This document shows, one piece after another, positions 62,809 through 64,000 of a stretch of 64,000 bases of DNA (the stretch's first letter is position 1; every line of letters begins with the position of its first letter). Both the position numbers and the translations under genes were made by a program. The stretch lies in assembly GCF_006345805.1 (NCBI RefSeq), contig NC_043003.1:39184001-39248000 (forward strand). The letters run 5' to 3'. This DNA is from Octopus sinensis. Lineage: Eukaryota. The notes below the pieces were generated by a model, which saw nothing but the letters and a program-made list of their open reading frames with translations, was not told the origin of the DNA and did not search any database.

Positions 62809-63254
62809 CAGCAGCAGCAGCGGCAGGTATTGTTGTTCTTGTTGTTGCTCTAGTTACCATTATTGTCATTGCTGTTGATGTTGTTGTTGCTGCTATTGTT
62901 ATTGTTGTGGTTATTCTTGAAGTTCTTTTACTGTTGTTATTATTATTATTATTACTCTTGGTGTTGTTATTGTTATTGCGATTGTGAAGTTGATCTTTTC
63001 ATTCCGCTGTTGTTGTTGTGCTTTGCCCTTCTACAAAATACCTGTCCTCGTTAAGTATTTGAATATTTTGTATTTAAGCTGTCCTTCTGGCAAATACAGA
63101 AATATTTTCCATCGTGTTGTCTTATTTTTATTGCGTGCATTTTGTTTTCCTGCACAACTAGTAACCAGACACAATTCTGTGTGCCTTCGGTAGTACGTGC
63201 TATTTTATATTATTTTTCAGATCATCATCATCATCATCATCATTATCATTATTA

Positions 63255-63321
<67 letters not shown>

Positions 63322-63470
63322 GAGTGAGAGAGCAGTTCATGCCATCAAAGTGACACTGGGGTAAAATATACGAAGCCCAATATACCCATCATGACTACCC
63401 GTCTGATAAAGGTACACCAGGCACATGCATCACAACCATATGTGGGCGACATGGTTGTGATGCATGTGCC
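63322..63470 (-). mobile_element. Repeat family C 3' end
   Basis: Near-identical to 1660-1800; flanked by (ATT)n on both sides. Confidence 0.8.
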
Positions 63471-63494
63471 TTATTATTATTATTATTATTATTA

Positions 63495-63528
<34 letters not shown>

Positions 63529-63547
63529 TTATTATTATTATTATTTT

Positions 63548-63655
63548 ATTCAGTAGCTTTATCTTTATCACGTGCCTTCACTGCACTACCGAGCGCAGTA
63601 CTGTGTGCATTGGGTATATGCCTAGTAGTACTATTTACTGTATGTTATATATATA

Positions 63656-63744
<89 letters not shown>

Positions 63745-63815
63745 AGTCCTGGTGTTTTTGTTATGTATTTGTCTGAATATTTTTTATCATACCCAATGCG
63801 TATTTTTTTTTAATT
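63548..63815 (-). mobile_element. Dong/R4 family B 3' terminus with internal (TA)n expansion
   Basis: ctaccgagcgcag..tgtgtg..ttgggtat and agtcctggtgtttttgttatgtatttgtctgaatattttttatcat match 720-945. Confidence 0.8.
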
Positions 63816-64000
63816 ACACCTAATGCTTATTGCTATTGTTGTTGTTGTTGTGGTTATTTTTATTATTATTATTATTATTATTATCATTATTATCATCATT
63901 ATGTTGTTGTTGAGCTTTTTATGGAAACTACTGCTGTTGCTTGTCCTCGCGGCTTTTTATTTCCTGCGACATTACAAGATGCCATACTTATTCACCACGT

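Noticed and set aside
58543-64000. Search for coding exon 6 (phase 0)
   Set aside because: Acceptor-like sites at ~61270, ~61343 and ~63161 lead to stops or lack donors; the next exon probably lies beyond the window.

Overview
AT-rich, microsatellite-dense eukaryotic genomic DNA. The SINE/LINE landscape suggests an octopod cephalopod (inference from repeat families, not proven). One protein-coding gene is recoverable on the + strand. Five GT-AG exons (28159-28327, 42899-43009, 55902-56192, 57117-57289, 58393-58542) splice in frame to 298 codons: a signal peptide plus a heavily N-glycosylated LIVBP-like amino-terminal domain of an iGluR/ionotropic-receptor (IR25a/IR8a-like) subunit. The gene continues past the window end. 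Most of the rest is repeats: two main tRNA-derived SINE groups, Dong/R4-type RLE LINE relics beside (TAA)n tracts, CR1/L2 relics, mariner derivatives, MITEs, a Helitron-like element and simple repeats. The most notable unannotated signal is a set of type I hammerhead ribozyme motifs folded by hand. Four are near-intact (23367-23439 +, 52366-52448 +, 56717-56788 -, 60549-60612 +) and several are decayed. All have a short, mostly palindromic stem III and sit in direct- or inverted-repeat, non-coding Penelope/retrozyme-like elements. One forms a 404-nt unit whose duplicated end starts at the predicted cleavage site. Two are in the sense strand of the receptor pre-mRNA. Exon, ribozyme, TIR and TSD coordinates were counted by hand; boundaries of decayed repeats are approximate. 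No database search was possible.
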